Source: Dehalococcoidia bacterium (GTDB lineage Bacteria; Chloroflexota; Dehalococcoidia; Lucifugimonadales; Australimonadaceae). Taken from it: a DNA stretch of 64,000 nucleotides. The translations under genes and the position numbers were made by a program. The notes beneath the pieces are model-generated. The model saw only the letters and a list, made by a program, of their open reading frames with translations. It was not told where the DNA came from and did not search any database. Positions within the stretch are counted from its first letter, which is position 1. Each line of letters starts with the position of its first letter. Location of the stretch: contig CBDFJL010000003.1 in NCBI GenBank assembly GCA_965248495.1, forward strand, positions 924,852 through 988,851, in the 5' to 3' direction. Shown one piece after another: positions 48,269 to 58,038 of the stretch.

Positions 48269-50860
48269 ATGACCACGACCGCGGGCAATGAGCAGCAGCG
48301 TGTCATCCTACAGATCGAGGGCATGACGTGCGCCGCGTGCGTTAGCACGGTGCAGACTGCTCTTGAGGGCGTCGGTGGGGTGAGTGTCGCCACGGTCGCC
48401 CTGGGCGTCGACACGGCGACGGTCTCCTATGACCCCAGCTCCACCGAGGTGCGCCAGCTGGTCGGCGCCGTCAAGTCCGTGGGCTACGGCACCGCCGCTG
48501 ACACCGTGGCGTTCGTGGTACCGGGCCTGAGTGATGGGGCCGCAGGAAGGTCGATCGAGAGCCGCGTGGGCGCGTTGGACGGCGTCGTCGCAGTGTCGGC
48601 CAACCCTGCCACCGAGCAGGTGGCCGTCTCATATATCCGCGGCGCCGTGACCATGCAGTCCATCCAGAGCGTGATCGAGGAGTCCGGCCTGCGCGTGGAG
48701 GGCATCGAGAACGCAGACCAACTCGCGACGGATCTGGAGCGGTTGGCCCGCACCAAGGAGATCGCGTCGCTGCGCCGAAAGGTCGCAATTGCGGGCGCTG
48801 TTGGGGCCATCATCATGGTCCTCATGTACGTCCCTCTTGAGGCTCTTAACCTCACTGAGTTCCAGCTTAACTTCATTCTGTGGGGGATGGCCACCCCGGT
48901 GCAGTTCTGGATCGGCGCGACTTTTTATCGGGGCGCTTGGGGCGCGCTGAAACACGGGACGTCCAACATGAACACGTTGGTCGCCCTCGGCACGAGCGTG
49001 GCCTACGTCTACAGCACCAGCCTCACCTTCTTCGGGAGCTTCTATAGCGACGCCCATCTGCTGCACGCCCACAGTACGTTTGGCCACAGCACCGGGACGT
49101 ACTTCGACGCCTCCGCGATCATCATTGGTCTCATCCTGTTCGGCCGGTTCTTGGAGGCTCGCGCCAAAGGCCAGACCACGGCGGCTATCCGAACGCTTAT
49201 CGGCCTGCAGCCGCGGACCGCCCGCGTGGTCCGCGCTGGGGAGGAAGTCGACGTACCCATAGCCGACGTCGTACTGGGCGATTTTGTCATCGTACGGCCC
49301 GGAGAGCGGGTCCCCGTGGACGGAGAGATGACAGAGGGCTTCTCGACGGTGGATGAGAGCATGCTGACCGGCGAGAGTATCCCCGTGGAGAAGCAGCCCG
49401 GGGCCGTCGTCTATGGAGGCACCGTCAACGCCGTGGGAAGCTTCACCTTCCGCGCCACGAAGGTGGGCAGTGACACGGCGCTGGCCCAGATCATCCGGCT
49501 GGTCCAGCAGGCGCAGGGCTCGAAGGCGCCGATCCAGCGCCTCGCCGACACCGTGGCTGCCTACTTCGTGCCCGCCGTCCTCGGCATCGCCCTCGTTACC
49601 GGCCTCGTCTGGTACTTTGCCGGCCCCCCTCCTCAGTTCGCCATCGCTATCTTGAATGTTGTCGCGGTCTTGGTGATCGCCTGCCCCTGCGCGCTTGGCC
49701 TCGCCACGCCCACCGCAATCATGGTGGGTACAGGCAAGGGGGCGGAGCACGGCATCCTCGTCCGAGATGCCGGGGCGTTGGAGCAGGCCCACAAGATCCA
49801 AATAGTCGTGTTGGACAAGACGGGCACCGTCACGCGCGGGCAGCCAGTGCTGACGGACGTGCTTGCGCGCAGCGTCAGCGAGGCTGAGCTGCTGCGGCTG
49901 GCGGCCTCCGTCGAGCGCCTGAGTGAGCATCCGCTCGCTGCGGCCATCGTAGACGGGGCGCGCGAGCGAGGGCAGGAGCCGGTGCCTGTCGAGGCGTTCG
50001 AGGCGGCGGTGGGACTCGGCGTGCGGGCGCAGGTGGACGGTGAGTGGATCGCCGTCGGCAGTATGGGGCTCATGGCGCAGGCGGGCATCGAGCTTGATGC
50101 CGCGACCCAGAGCACGGCGCGGCTGCTCTCCGAGCGCGGACGCACGGCGATGGTCGTGCTCCGCGGCGAAGAGGTCATTGGTGTGCTGGCCGTCGCCGAT
50201 ACGCCGCGGGACGAGGCGGCGGAGGCAGTGGCGCGCCTGCAACAGATGGGTATCCAAGTGCTGATGCTCACGGGCGACACCAAGGCCACCGCATTGGCGA
50301 TGGCCGAGCAGGTCGGCATCGACGACGTGATCGCCGAGGTGCTCCCCGGGCAGAAGGCGGCGGAGATCAAGCGGCTCCAGGCGAGCGGAAAGCGTGTCGC
50401 CATGGTCGGAGACGGCATCAACGACGCTCCAGCCTTGGTGCAGGCCGACGTGGGCATAGCCATCGGCACCGGCACGGACGTCGCCATGGAAGCGGCCGAC
50501 GTCACGCTGATGCGCGGCGACCTGAGGGGCGTGAGTGACGCCATCTTCCTTTCGAAGTCCACGATCCGGACGATCAAGCAGAATCTGTTCTGGGCATTCT
50601 TTTACAACACTGCCCTCATCCCCATCGCCGCGGGTATGTTGTATCTGGTGTTCAGCGATGGGGTGCCCGCCGGGTGGCTGCGGTATCCTCTGGGCGATTT
50701 CGGGTTCCTGAACCCGGTTATGGCGGCAGGGGCAATGGCCTTCAGCTCTGTCTCCGTCGTGACGAACTCTCTCCGCCTCCGGCGGTGGAAGCCCGCGAGC
50801 GGGGGTGGCCTGTCGGGCCGTCCCGCAACACAGCCCGCTCCGACTCCGGCGCTTCGGTGA
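48269..50860 (+). CDS. copA: Copper-translocating P1B-type ATPase
   Basis: The N-terminal HMA domain carries GMTCAACV and a second HMA-like domain lacks CxxC. Also present are TGES, CPC ([11 protein letters not shown]), DKTGT and GDGINDAP. Confidence 0.95.
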   Translation: MTTTAGNEQQRVILQIEGMTCAACVSTVQTALEGVGGVSVATVALGVDTATVSYDPSSTEVRQLVGAVKSVGYGTAADTVAFVVPGLSDGAAGRSIESRVGALDGVVAVSANPATEQVAVSYIRGAVTMQSIQSVIEESGLRVEGIENADQLATDLERLARTKEIASLRRKVAIAGAVGAIIMVLMYVPLEALNLTEFQLNFILWGMATPVQFWIGATFYRGAWGALKHGTSNMNTLVALGTSVAYVYSTSLTFFGSFYSDAHLLHAHSTFGHSTGTYFDASAIIIGLILFGRFLEARAKGQTTAAIRTLIGLQPRTARVVRAGEEVDVPIADVVLGDFVIVRPGERVPVDGEMTEGFSTVDESMLTGESIPVEKQPGAVVYGGTVNAVGSFTFRATKVGSDTALAQIIRLVQQAQGSKAPIQRLADTVAAYFVPAVLGIALVTGLVWYFAGPPPQFAIAILNVVAVLVIACPCALGLATPTAIMVGTGKGAEHGILVRDAGALEQAHKIQIVVLDKTGTVTRGQPVLTDVLARSVSEAELLRLAASVERLSEHPLAAAIVDGARERGQEPVPVEAFEAAVGLGVRAQVDGEWIAVGSMGLMAQAGIELDAATQSTARLLSERGRTAMVVLRGEEVIGVLAVADTPRDEAAEAVARLQQMGIQVLMLTGDTKATALAMAEQVGIDDVIAEVLPGQKAAEIKRLQASGKRVAMVGDGINDAPALVQADVGIAIGTGTDVAMEAADVTLMRGDLRGVSDAIFLSKSTIRTIKQNLFWAFFYNTALIPIAAGMLYLVFSDGVPAGWLRYPLGDFGFLNPVMAAGAMAFSSVSVVTNSLRLRRWKPASGGGLSGRPATQPAPTPALR

Positions 50861-50921
50861 GGCCACCGGAACGGTTGGAGATGCAGGCCGACGCTATTAT
50901 TCACGAAAGGTTGATACGCCA

Positions 50922-51143
50922 ATGAGCACCATGGATACACTGTTCCGGAGCCAAGGCACTGCCATGGACCCGGTGTGCGGGATGGACGTGGACACGGCCA
51001 ACCCATCGGGGGGCAGCCACGAGCACGAGGGTACGACGTACTACTTCTGCGCGCCGGGGTGCCGCTTGGCATTCGCCAAGGACCCCGCCCACTTCCTGGC
51101 CAGCCCAGGAGGCCACGGCCACGATGGGGCCCACGCCCACTAG
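50922..51143 (+). CDS. YHS/TRASH-domain metal-binding protein with a His-rich tail
   Basis: MDPVCGMDVD...HEGTTYYFCAPGCRLAFAKDP...GGHGHDGAHAH. ATG at 50922. Confidence 0.8.
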   Translation: MSTMDTLFRSQGTAMDPVCGMDVDTANPSGGSHEHEGTTYYFCAPGCRLAFAKDPAHFLASPGGHGHDGAHAH

Positions 51144-51240
51144 CACCGAGGATCGGCTATAGGCCCGGCTTATGGCTGATCCGTGAATAGGCGTAGCAGG
51201 GTGCGCCACGCAGCCGCAAACGCGCCCCACGTCGATCGCC

Positions 51241-52098
51241 CTAAGGGCGGAGGCACCGCGCTTCCAGTTCGTCCAGGAAGGCGATTGCGCGGGACTGTGC
51301 ATTGGTGGCGTCGAAGCTGATGACCTCGCCCGCGCGACTGCGTCCCTGTAGGTCGACCAGGCTCGCGGCGAAGTCCCGGTGGCTGTCCAGCCGGGGGAAG
51401 TGCTCCAGGAACCGGTCCACGAGCTCCATGCGCTTGACGCCCGAGTTGTCGTGGGCAACCACCATCAGTGCGTTGGTCATCGTGCGCGTGACGATGCTGT
51501 GGTATAGCTCCAGCAGCAGGTCGTCGGTGACGGGCAGCGGCTCGACCGCACGGCCAAGCTTGCCGTTATCGTCCTTGGGTGTGAGCGCGATGACGGTCTG
51601 ATCCGCCGCCATCTGGCGGTAGTGCCGTATCCCAGCGCGCGCGTTCAGCAGCTGGTCCAGCGTTGGGAAGCCGATGGCAGCGTAGTAGGTCAGCTTGTGC
51701 CCCAGCCACACGGGGAAGCGAGACCAGTCGAGCGTGATGAACGGGCTGGTGTCGACGTAGCGGGCGAACGCCTCGCGGTCGAAGACGAGGGGTTGGACCA
51801 TCGAGACGATGGGCGTGTCCCCGTGGGGCTTCACGGGCCCCACGCGGTCGTCGACGTAGACCAGGTGATCGTCGCGGCTCAGCTCGGCGGCGACGCTATC
51901 GAGCCGCCGGCGTAACGTCCTGAAACGCTCCCACGTGAGCCCCTCCAGCACGTAGACGAAGTCGTAGTCGTTGTGCAGCTCTTCCGGTGCGTCCCGGTCT
52001 GCGTGGGAGCCAACCGGCACGAACGACAGCAGGTCGTCGCCGAAGTGCTCGGCCACGTCCGCCACGGCGTCGAAGACCGCGTGCTTCAGAGGCTCCAT
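51241..52098 (-). CDS. Hypothetical protein, last gene of a four-gene cluster
   Basis: MEPLKHAVFDAVADVAEHFGDDLLSFVPVGSHADRD...YDFVYVLEG. I recognise no family. It follows the dioxygenase gene after a 20-nt gap. Confidence 0.55.
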   Translation of the reverse strand: MEPLKHAVFDAVADVAEHFGDDLLSFVPVGSHADRDAPEELHNDYDFVYVLEGLTWERFRTLRRRLDSVAAELSRDDHLVYVDDRVGPVKPHGDTPIVSMVQPLVFDREAFARYVDTSPFITLDWSRFPVWLGHKLTYYAAIGFPTLDQLLNARAGIRHYRQMAADQTVIALTPKDDNGKLGRAVEPLPVTDDLLLELYHSIVTRTMTNALMVVAHDNSGVKRMELVDRFLEHFPRLDSHRDFAASLVDLQGRSRAGEVISFDATNAQSRAIAFLDELEARCLRP

Positions 52099-52118
52099 GA
52101 GCGGACCGGGCCGGCGAG

Positions 52119-53072
52119 CTATCCGGCGCTCGCCTCTGTCGTGCTCTGCGTTGGCCCCCATGTCGCGAAGCCGCAGCCGATCTTGGCGTGGTGCGACGGG
52201 AAGTACTCGACGATGTCGGCCCGGCGGTCCATGGCCGCGGCGACCGCGATCCAGGCCCTGAGCTCGCCCGTGCCTCCGCGCAGCGTGTCGGAGTCGAAGG
52301 TGAACAGGCTCTTCAGCCGCTCGTGCTCGTTGCTGGCGAGCCTGTCAAGAAACCAACGATCGAGCGGCTCGTCGACCCAGCCAGCGCGAGGGCCGGTGGG
52401 GTCGTGGGAGAGCCCGCCCGAGGCGTAGATGGCGACGCGCTCCGGCCGCTCGTCGAGGATCTGCCGCAGCGCCCGACCCAGGTGCCAGCACCGCTCCGCT
52501 GAGGGCAGGGGCGGGAAGTACTCGTTCAGGAAGATGGGCACGATGGGGATATCCAACTCCGGCATCAGCCGTGGCATCGGGTGGATCATCGCGTGGGAGG
52601 CGCCGTGGTCGGGCCGGCCCATGGGGCGTTCGATCTCCGCATACGCGGGGTCGAAGCCGTGGTCAAACAGGCGGTCGAGGACATGCTTCGCGAGGCCTTC
52701 GTGGACCTTCAGTGTGATGATCATCTCCTGTGGGTCCTCGGGTAGGTAGGGGACCGCGAGTGTCCCCCACAGCTCCTCGCCCGTGTAGACGCACAGCGCC
52801 GGCATCATGGAGCGGGCGAACATATCGCCCTGGTCGTCTCCGAGCACGACGAGCGCGTCGGCACCGAAAGCACGGAGCCGCTCGCGGAGCACGGCGAACG
52901 ATGCGTCGATTCGGTCGACGTACCCCTGGATGACCTCCGGCGTCTCGGCAGCGGCGGTGTGCGGTTGGCTCCCCTTGGTGTACTCCGGGATGGCCCCGTA
53001 GATGGCCGGCCAGGTCTCTGCCGGCCGAAACATGGCGGGTGCGTGTGACGACGCAAGTCCGAGTCCGAGCAT
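52119..53072 (-). CDS. Class III extradiol dioxygenase (LigB-like) family protein
   Basis: MLGLGLASSHAPAMF...ALVVLGDDQGDMF...HAMIHP...IYASGGLSHDP fits the LigB/memo-like catalytic-subunit pattern. Confidence 0.7.
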   Translation of the reverse strand: MLGLGLASSHAPAMFRPAETWPAIYGAIPEYTKGSQPHTAAAETPEVIQGYVDRIDASFAVLRERLRAFGADALVVLGDDQGDMFARSMMPALCVYTGEELWGTLAVPYLPEDPQEMIITLKVHEGLAKHVLDRLFDHGFDPAYAEIERPMGRPDHGASHAMIHPMPRLMPELDIPIVPIFLNEYFPPLPSAERCWHLGRALRQILDERPERVAIYASGGLSHDPTGPRAGWVDEPLDRWFLDRLASNEHERLKSLFTFDSDTLRGGTGELRAWIAVAAAMDRRADIVEYFPSHHAKIGCGFATWGPTQSTTEASAG

Positions 53073-53117
53073 GTCGCCTGCCTCCGATCTCGCGCCGCGC
53101 CGAGGTCTCGCCGCGCC

Positions 53118-54866
53118 CTAGCCGATGCGCATGTCCAAGACGGCGGCCTGCCCGACTCGAACCCGCTCGAGGCCGCGCTTGATGGCGGGCAGCACTTGGT
53201 CGGGCTCTTCGACCTTCTCGCCGTATCCCCGGCAGGCCTGTACCAGCACGTCGTAGTCCGGCGAAGGATCGATGTCCACGCCGATGAAGTCCTGGTTGCG
53301 TGGACCTGCGCCGTCCGGGTAGTGGTTGGTCCAGGACCTGCGCGTCGCGTGGTGCCGCGAATTGTTGTAGATGATGGTGAGGAAGGGCGCGTTGTACTTC
53401 TCGGCGGCCCAGAACGCAGACGTGGGCCGCGCGAACACGAACGAGCCGTCACCCTCCATGCAGACGACAGTCCTGTCGGGCTGGGCCAACTTGGCGCCCA
53501 GCGCCGCGCCGAGCCCCCAGCCAAGCGAGGAGCCACCACTCCCGAACACGGTGCCGGGGACGTGGCGGTCGGTGTACATGGTCCACGGGCCACCACCGGT
53601 CATCCCCTCGTTCATGACGATGGCGTCCTCATCCAACACCTGCTCCAGACAGTGGGCTATCCAATCGGGGCTGATCGGTCGCTCGTCCTTGGCCGCGAGC
53701 GCCTGGCGCTCGATCTCCCCGCGCCGCCGCGCCGAGCTTGCGGCGTAGCCCGCGACGCGCTCTTCGATGCGCTTGGCATCGGCGTCGCTCATGCGCGAGC
53801 GCACCGCGTCGACCAGCGCGGGCAGCGCCTTGCGCGAGGCGGCGTGGATGAGCAGGTCGGCGGGGAAGGTCCACAGTGGGATGGTGTCCTTCGACGGGTC
53901 GATGTCTATCCAGGCCACGCGCCCACTGGGCTCGATCGACTCCCGGTCGGGCACCCACGGCACATCGTGGTCGACGACCAGGATGAGGTCTGCCTCGGCC
54001 ACCGTGGGCGCATCGCAGGTGGCGGCGTTCAGCGGATGACGGCTGGGCATGTTCAGCCGGGTGCCGAGGGCGCCCTGGACGGGGGTCCCGACAAGCTCGG
54101 CCAGAGTCGTCAGATGCGCAACGCTCTCCGGGAAGCGTCCCGGTGTGCCGGCGATGATCAATGGGCGCTCGGCGGAGACCATCCAGCCGGCCAGGGTCTC
54201 GATGGCCTCGGCGTCGGGGGCGGGAGCGATGGGCTTGGCGTGCCGGGCGACGGGTGGAGCGTCGAAGGCCTCCATCTTCTGCATGAGCAGCTCACGGGGC
54301 AACGCGAGGTAGACGGGGCCCGCCGGCTCGGCGGTGGCGACCTGAAAGGCCTTCTGCATGACCCAGTTCAGGCTCTCGACGTTGCGGAGCTCGTAGTCCC
54401 ACTTGGTGAACGTGCGGACGATGCCGTTCTGGTCTCGCTGCTCCTGAATCCAGTGGATGCCCATGTCCTTTCCGCCCCGCACGGCATCGCCGACGGTGGA
54501 CGGCGCCCTGCCCGCGCAGACCACGACCCCGGAGTGGTCCCGCTGCGCGTCATGGTAGGCGCCGCCGATTTGGGCGGTGCCGGCGTCTACGTGCACGAGG
54601 ACGGCCTGCGCCTTTCCGGTCAGTTGGAAGTAGCCTTGGGCGGCGAACATGGCCGTGACCTCGTCGATGCACAGGATGAGCCGGGGCACGGGCCGCTCTT
54701 GCTCCATCATCCGGGCCATCGCCTCCTGGATGGGGAAGGTGTCCGTGCCTGAGTTGATGAACAGGTACTCGACGCCGTTGCGGTTGAGCATCTCGACGAA
54801 GGCCTCGGCGGCATCCTCGACGGGAATGGCTTCGATGCTGCGGGCGTCGGGTGTGGTGGCCGGCAT
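53118..54866 (-). CDS. Thiamine-diphosphate-dependent enzyme (acetolactate synthase-like superfamily)
   Basis: The N-terminal Pyr domain contains FINSGTDTFPIQEA. The C-terminal PP domain contains GSSLGWGLGAALGAK...GDGSF...NN. Confidence 0.85.
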   Translation of the reverse strand: MPATTPDARSIEAIPVEDAAEAFVEMLNRNGVEYLFINSGTDTFPIQEAMARMMEQERPVPRLILCIDEVTAMFAAQGYFQLTGKAQAVLVHVDAGTAQIGGAYHDAQRDHSGVVVCAGRAPSTVGDAVRGGKDMGIHWIQEQRDQNGIVRTFTKWDYELRNVESLNWVMQKAFQVATAEPAGPVYLALPRELLMQKMEAFDAPPVARHAKPIAPAPDAEAIETLAGWMVSAERPLIIAGTPGRFPESVAHLTTLAELVGTPVQGALGTRLNMPSRHPLNAATCDAPTVAEADLILVVDHDVPWVPDRESIEPSGRVAWIDIDPSKDTIPLWTFPADLLIHAASRKALPALVDAVRSRMSDADAKRIEERVAGYAASSARRRGEIERQALAAKDERPISPDWIAHCLEQVLDEDAIVMNEGMTGGGPWTMYTDRHVPGTVFGSGGSSLGWGLGAALGAKLAQPDRTVVCMEGDGSFVFARPTSAFWAAEKYNAPFLTIIYNNSRHHATRRSWTNHYPDGAGPRNQDFIGVDIDPSPDYDVLVQACRGYGEKVEEPDQVLPAIKRGLERVRVGQAAVLDMRIG

Positions 54867-54896
54867 CCTCTTCTCCTGGCGCTCGGGTTGGGTGCG

Positions 54897-55961
54897 CTAC
54901 TTCACGAAGCCGTAGAACCGCTCGGCTGCTCCACGTAGGATGCCGTACTTCTGATCGGGAGTCATCCGGGGCCGGGCGGCCATGTCGTAGAGCGACTGTG
55001 GGTACTCGCCGTCCCAGTGCGGGTAGTCAGAGGCGTACATGATGAGGTCGTTGCCCAGCAGGTCCATGACTGGCTCCAGCAGCCGCTCCTGGGACTCGGA
55101 GCCGAAGAAGATGTTGCCGCCCTGATGGACGTACTTGCTGGGTGGCTTGCTAAGCAGTGGCGCGTCGATTTCGCCGCGGTGCTCGAACTCCTCGTCCATG
55201 CGGTCGAGCCACCAGGGGACCCACGTCCCTCCTGACTCCAGGAAACCGAAACGGACGTGGGGGAACTTCTCGAATACGCCCTCGAACATCATGCTCGTCA
55301 TCTGGCGCAGGATGCCGAAGGGGTGGGCGACGGTGTGGGTCTGGATGAACTTGGGGAAGGGGTCGGCGCCCGGCGCCATGCTCGAGCCGGAGGCGTGGAC
55401 GGCGATACAGACGTCGAGCTCGCCAGCGGCCCGGTAGACGCGGTCGAACTGCGAGTGGCCGAGCAGATGCGCGCCATCGGCGCCGAGCATGCCGCCGACC
55501 AGGCCCATGGAGACGCCTCGGCGGAGCTCCTTCTCGGCCTCTTCAGGGTCGTAGGTTGGGAGCAGCGCGACGCCCATGATGCGGCCGCCGGAGGGTGCGC
55601 AGAAGTCGTTGGCCAGCCACGTGTTGTAGGCGCGGCAATAGGCGGCTTGGTAGTCGGGATCGCGCATGAAACCGTAGAACAGGCCGAGAGACGGGTAGAC
55701 GACACTCCACTCGATGGGCCCACGCTCCAGGGCTTCGATCCAGTCCCCGGTCTTGCTGGCCGCGCCCCGATGGAGCCTTCGACCAAGGTTGCGATCGTGC
55801 CCGTCCAGCGGTGTCAGCCCGCCGGGTCCCGCGAACCCGGCTCGGAACTCCTTGTAAGGCTGGTCCATGTACTCGAGGATCGCCGCGCCATTCTCGCCGA
55901 CGTGGCCATCGGCATCGACGGCGAGGACACCGGGCCTCGCCTCCACGATCGCGATCGTCAT
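54897..55961 (-). CDS. Amidohydrolase-2 (ACMSD/LigW-like decarboxylase/hydratase) family protein
   Basis: AVDADGHV near the N-terminus, VHAS, and MYASDYPHWDGEYP near the C-terminus. Confidence 0.8.
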   Translation of the reverse strand: MTIAIVEARPGVLAVDADGHVGENGAAILEYMDQPYKEFRAGFAGPGGLTPLDGHDRNLGRRLHRGAASKTGDWIEALERGPIEWSVVYPSLGLFYGFMRDPDYQAAYCRAYNTWLANDFCAPSGGRIMGVALLPTYDPEEAEKELRRGVSMGLVGGMLGADGAHLLGHSQFDRVYRAAGELDVCIAVHASGSSMAPGADPFPKFIQTHTVAHPFGILRQMTSMMFEGVFEKFPHVRFGFLESGGTWVPWWLDRMDEEFEHRGEIDAPLLSKPPSKYVHQGGNIFFGSESQERLLEPVMDLLGNDLIMYASDYPHWDGEYPQSLYDMAARPRMTPDQKYGILRGAAERFYGFVK

Positions 55962-56085
55962 CGCTCGGGCCTCCTCGCGCCGGCCACCGGCCGGTCCGCT
56001 GCGCCATTCTAGTACGTTCCCACGGGGGCGCGAGCAGGCGCCTCGCCGAGCGGGCTTTTGGACACGCGAGCGCTTGGCCGGTTCG

Positions 56086-56673
56086 CTACAAGATCTCGTC
56101 GATGAGCTCGTTCATCTTGCTCTTGGTCAGCAGCCCGGCGAAGCGGCTCTTGACCACGCCGTCCTTGGTGATGAAGTAGGTGGTCGGCATGCCGAGGATC
56201 TGGTACGAGCGAACGACGTTCTCATCGAAGGTGGTCCCTACCGGGTAGTCGACACCGAGCTCGCGGATGAGCTCCAGCCCTTCCGCTCGCGTGCCGAGCA
56301 GCTGGAACGGCCCGATGTCGATGCCGAGCAGCGTGACCTCGGCACCCCGCGCCTCGTAGACCTCCTGGAAGTCGGGCATCTCGGCCCGGCACGGCGGGCA
56401 CAGCCCAGCCCAAAAGTTGAGCACGAGCGGCTTGCCGGTGTGTTCGAGGATCGCCGTCAACGTGACTTCGTCCCCGCCCAGGATGTCGTCGCCCTGGTAC
56501 GTGGAGATGGTGAGGTTGGGCACGCCAAGGCTTATGCCATCGGCGGCCGGCTCGCCCCCATCGCTCCCACCACAGGCGGTTGCGATGAGCGCGACCAGCA
56601 GGAATACGGAGGCCATTGCCGTCATGCGGCCGCGTGGCCTTCGCGCTCGCGCCATTCGGATAAGACTTGGCAT
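56086..56673 (-). CDS. TlpA/ResA-like thiol:disulfide oxidoreductase lipoprotein (CPPC)
   Basis: Lipobox LIATAC. Thioredoxin fold with LVLNFWAGLCPPCRAEMP. It lies 44 nt downstream of the DUF3179 gene on the same strand. The start could be 56673, 56655 or 56625. Confidence 0.85.
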   Translation of the reverse strand: MPSLIRMARARRPRGRMTAMASVFLLVALIATACGGSDGGEPAADGISLGVPNLTISTYQGDDILGGDEVTLTAILEHTGKPLVLNFWAGLCPPCRAEMPDFQEVYEARGAEVTLLGIDIGPFQLLGTRAEGLELIRELGVDYPVGTTFDENVVRSYQILGMPTTYFITKDGVVKSRFAGLLTKSKMNELIDEIL

Positions 56674-56717
56674 CGGATCGCTACCTCTTCGAGTTTAGGA
56701 ACCAAACAGGGCGGGCA

Positions 56718-57839
56718 CTAGGGGGTCGCTTCCGCCCCGCCGTACAACCCGGTGTCGGGGTGGAAGTCGGTCCACGCGAACCAGAAGGACACGAACGAGG
56801 CCAACTGCGTCAGGCGGGTCCCCGCGAGCTCGCCGTCCTTGGCGACCCCGCTGACGCGCGTCCACGTCGAGCCGGTCTGAGTATCGCGCATCTCCAGGTT
56901 ACCGACGGGAGTGAAGCTCAACACCCGCCCATCGGCCAATGTGCGGTCGAACACGGCCTGCGTGCCCGCCTGTGGATCGAGGGTGACGACGATTTCTCGG
57001 CCGGAGTAGCTGTCGTTCACGATCTGCTCTTCCGCCAGCGCGCGGAACCCGTACGCCCGGGCCTGGTCGCCCCAGTCGAGCCCAACCACAAGCGTCTTCG
57101 TCGGCAGCCGGTCGTCGGGTACCGCTTCGCCGAGGATGCCGGCTGAGCCGCTTTGATAGTAACTCCGGTAGGGGTCGTCCCCGCTGCCGCGGCCGAAGCG
57201 CCGGTCCAGCAGCTTGGTGTCCGGGTGCCGTTCCACCCAAGCTGCCCACGTGGTCAGCGGGGCGGGGATCAGTTCGAGGCGCTCCCCTGCCAGCTCGCCC
57301 TCGACGGCCTCCTGGAGGAATTGACTCCAGAAGGTGTCGGTCTGGTGGTCGTACATGACGACGGCGTTGCGGATCAGCTTGCCGGATACGCCGAAGGTGA
57401 GCTCCCTCCCGGCGACCTCGCGGGCAAAGACCATGCCCGTAAAGCAGAGCGGTCACCACGTGACCATGACTGGTCTCCCGCCAACCGTATCGTTGACGAC
57501 TTCGTGACTGCTCAGGTGCGCTGTGGCGTAGGCCCGGTGGTCGCCGTTGATGGACAGCCCGATGACGAGCTCTTGCGGCAGCATCTGGGACGCCGCTACC
57601 GCGCCGTCGACGAACATCGGGTCAAGGATCGCTGGGATCGCGTCCTTCCCGAGAACCGTCCGGATCTCGAACTCGCGTAATGGCGTGGACGCGTCGGCGC
57701 CGGCACTGGCCGCGGGGAGGGCCACGGTGGTACTGCGGTTGAGCAGCCGCCAAACGGGGCTGCCGGGAATCACGGCGAGGAATGCCAATACGACGACGCC
57801 CATGACTACGGTCGCTGCGATGGTGGTGCGGCTCAGCAA
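56718..57839 (-). CDS. DUF3179 family membrane-anchored protein, predicted selenoprotein (UPLC), Sec codon at complement(57453..57455)
   Basis: Track ORFs 57453..57839 and 56718..57434 are in the same frame. Read-through gives ...HLSSHEVVNDTVGGRPVMVTW-U-PLCFTGMVFAREVAGRELTFGVSGKLIRNAVVMYDHQTDTFWSQ.... N-terminal TM anchor; TTG start. Confidence 0.75.
57421..57439 (-). promoter_or_regulatory. Candidate SECIS-like hairpin for DUF3179 copy 2
   Basis: On the minus strand, CGGGCA-UGGUCUU-UGCCCG forms a 6-bp stem with a 7-nt loop containing GGUC. It begins 13 nt after the UGA. Confidence 0.5.
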
Positions 57840-57986
57840 GTACAGCCCCTATTCATTCGTTGGATGCGTGCGGCTAACCTACGGTGCAGCAGTGGGCGCG
57901 CCCTTGGCGCAGCTCTCGTAGATAGGTACGACTCGGAGCTGGAAAAGGGTCACGGGCAACGACAGGTCGCCCTGAGACGCCAGGAA

Positions 57987-58010
57987 GGGCCGGCGTAGTC
58001 ACGCCGGCCC
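57987..58010. terminator. Perfect 9-bp GC hairpin downstream of sulfite reductase
   Basis: gggccggcg-tagtca-cgccggccc lies about 30 nt after the sir stop. The minus-strand U-tract is weak (UUCCUGG); the plus-strand side is T-rich. Confidence 0.45.
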
Positions 58011-58038
58011 TTCTTTTCGACCGATTGTTTCTCGCTGG

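Noticed and set aside
50922-51143. YHS-domain, CMD/AhpD-like (6023..6550), TlpA-like (56086..56673) and HesB-like (62288..62626) genes as additional selenoproteins
   Set aside because: These families can have Sec members, but here all redox or metal positions are ordinary Cys codons and no in-frame TGA splits the genes.
51150-51185. Imperfect inverted repeat gatcggctat...atggctgatc after the YHS gene, considered as a terminator
   Set aside because: It has two mismatches in 10 bp and no U-tract. It is too weak to call.
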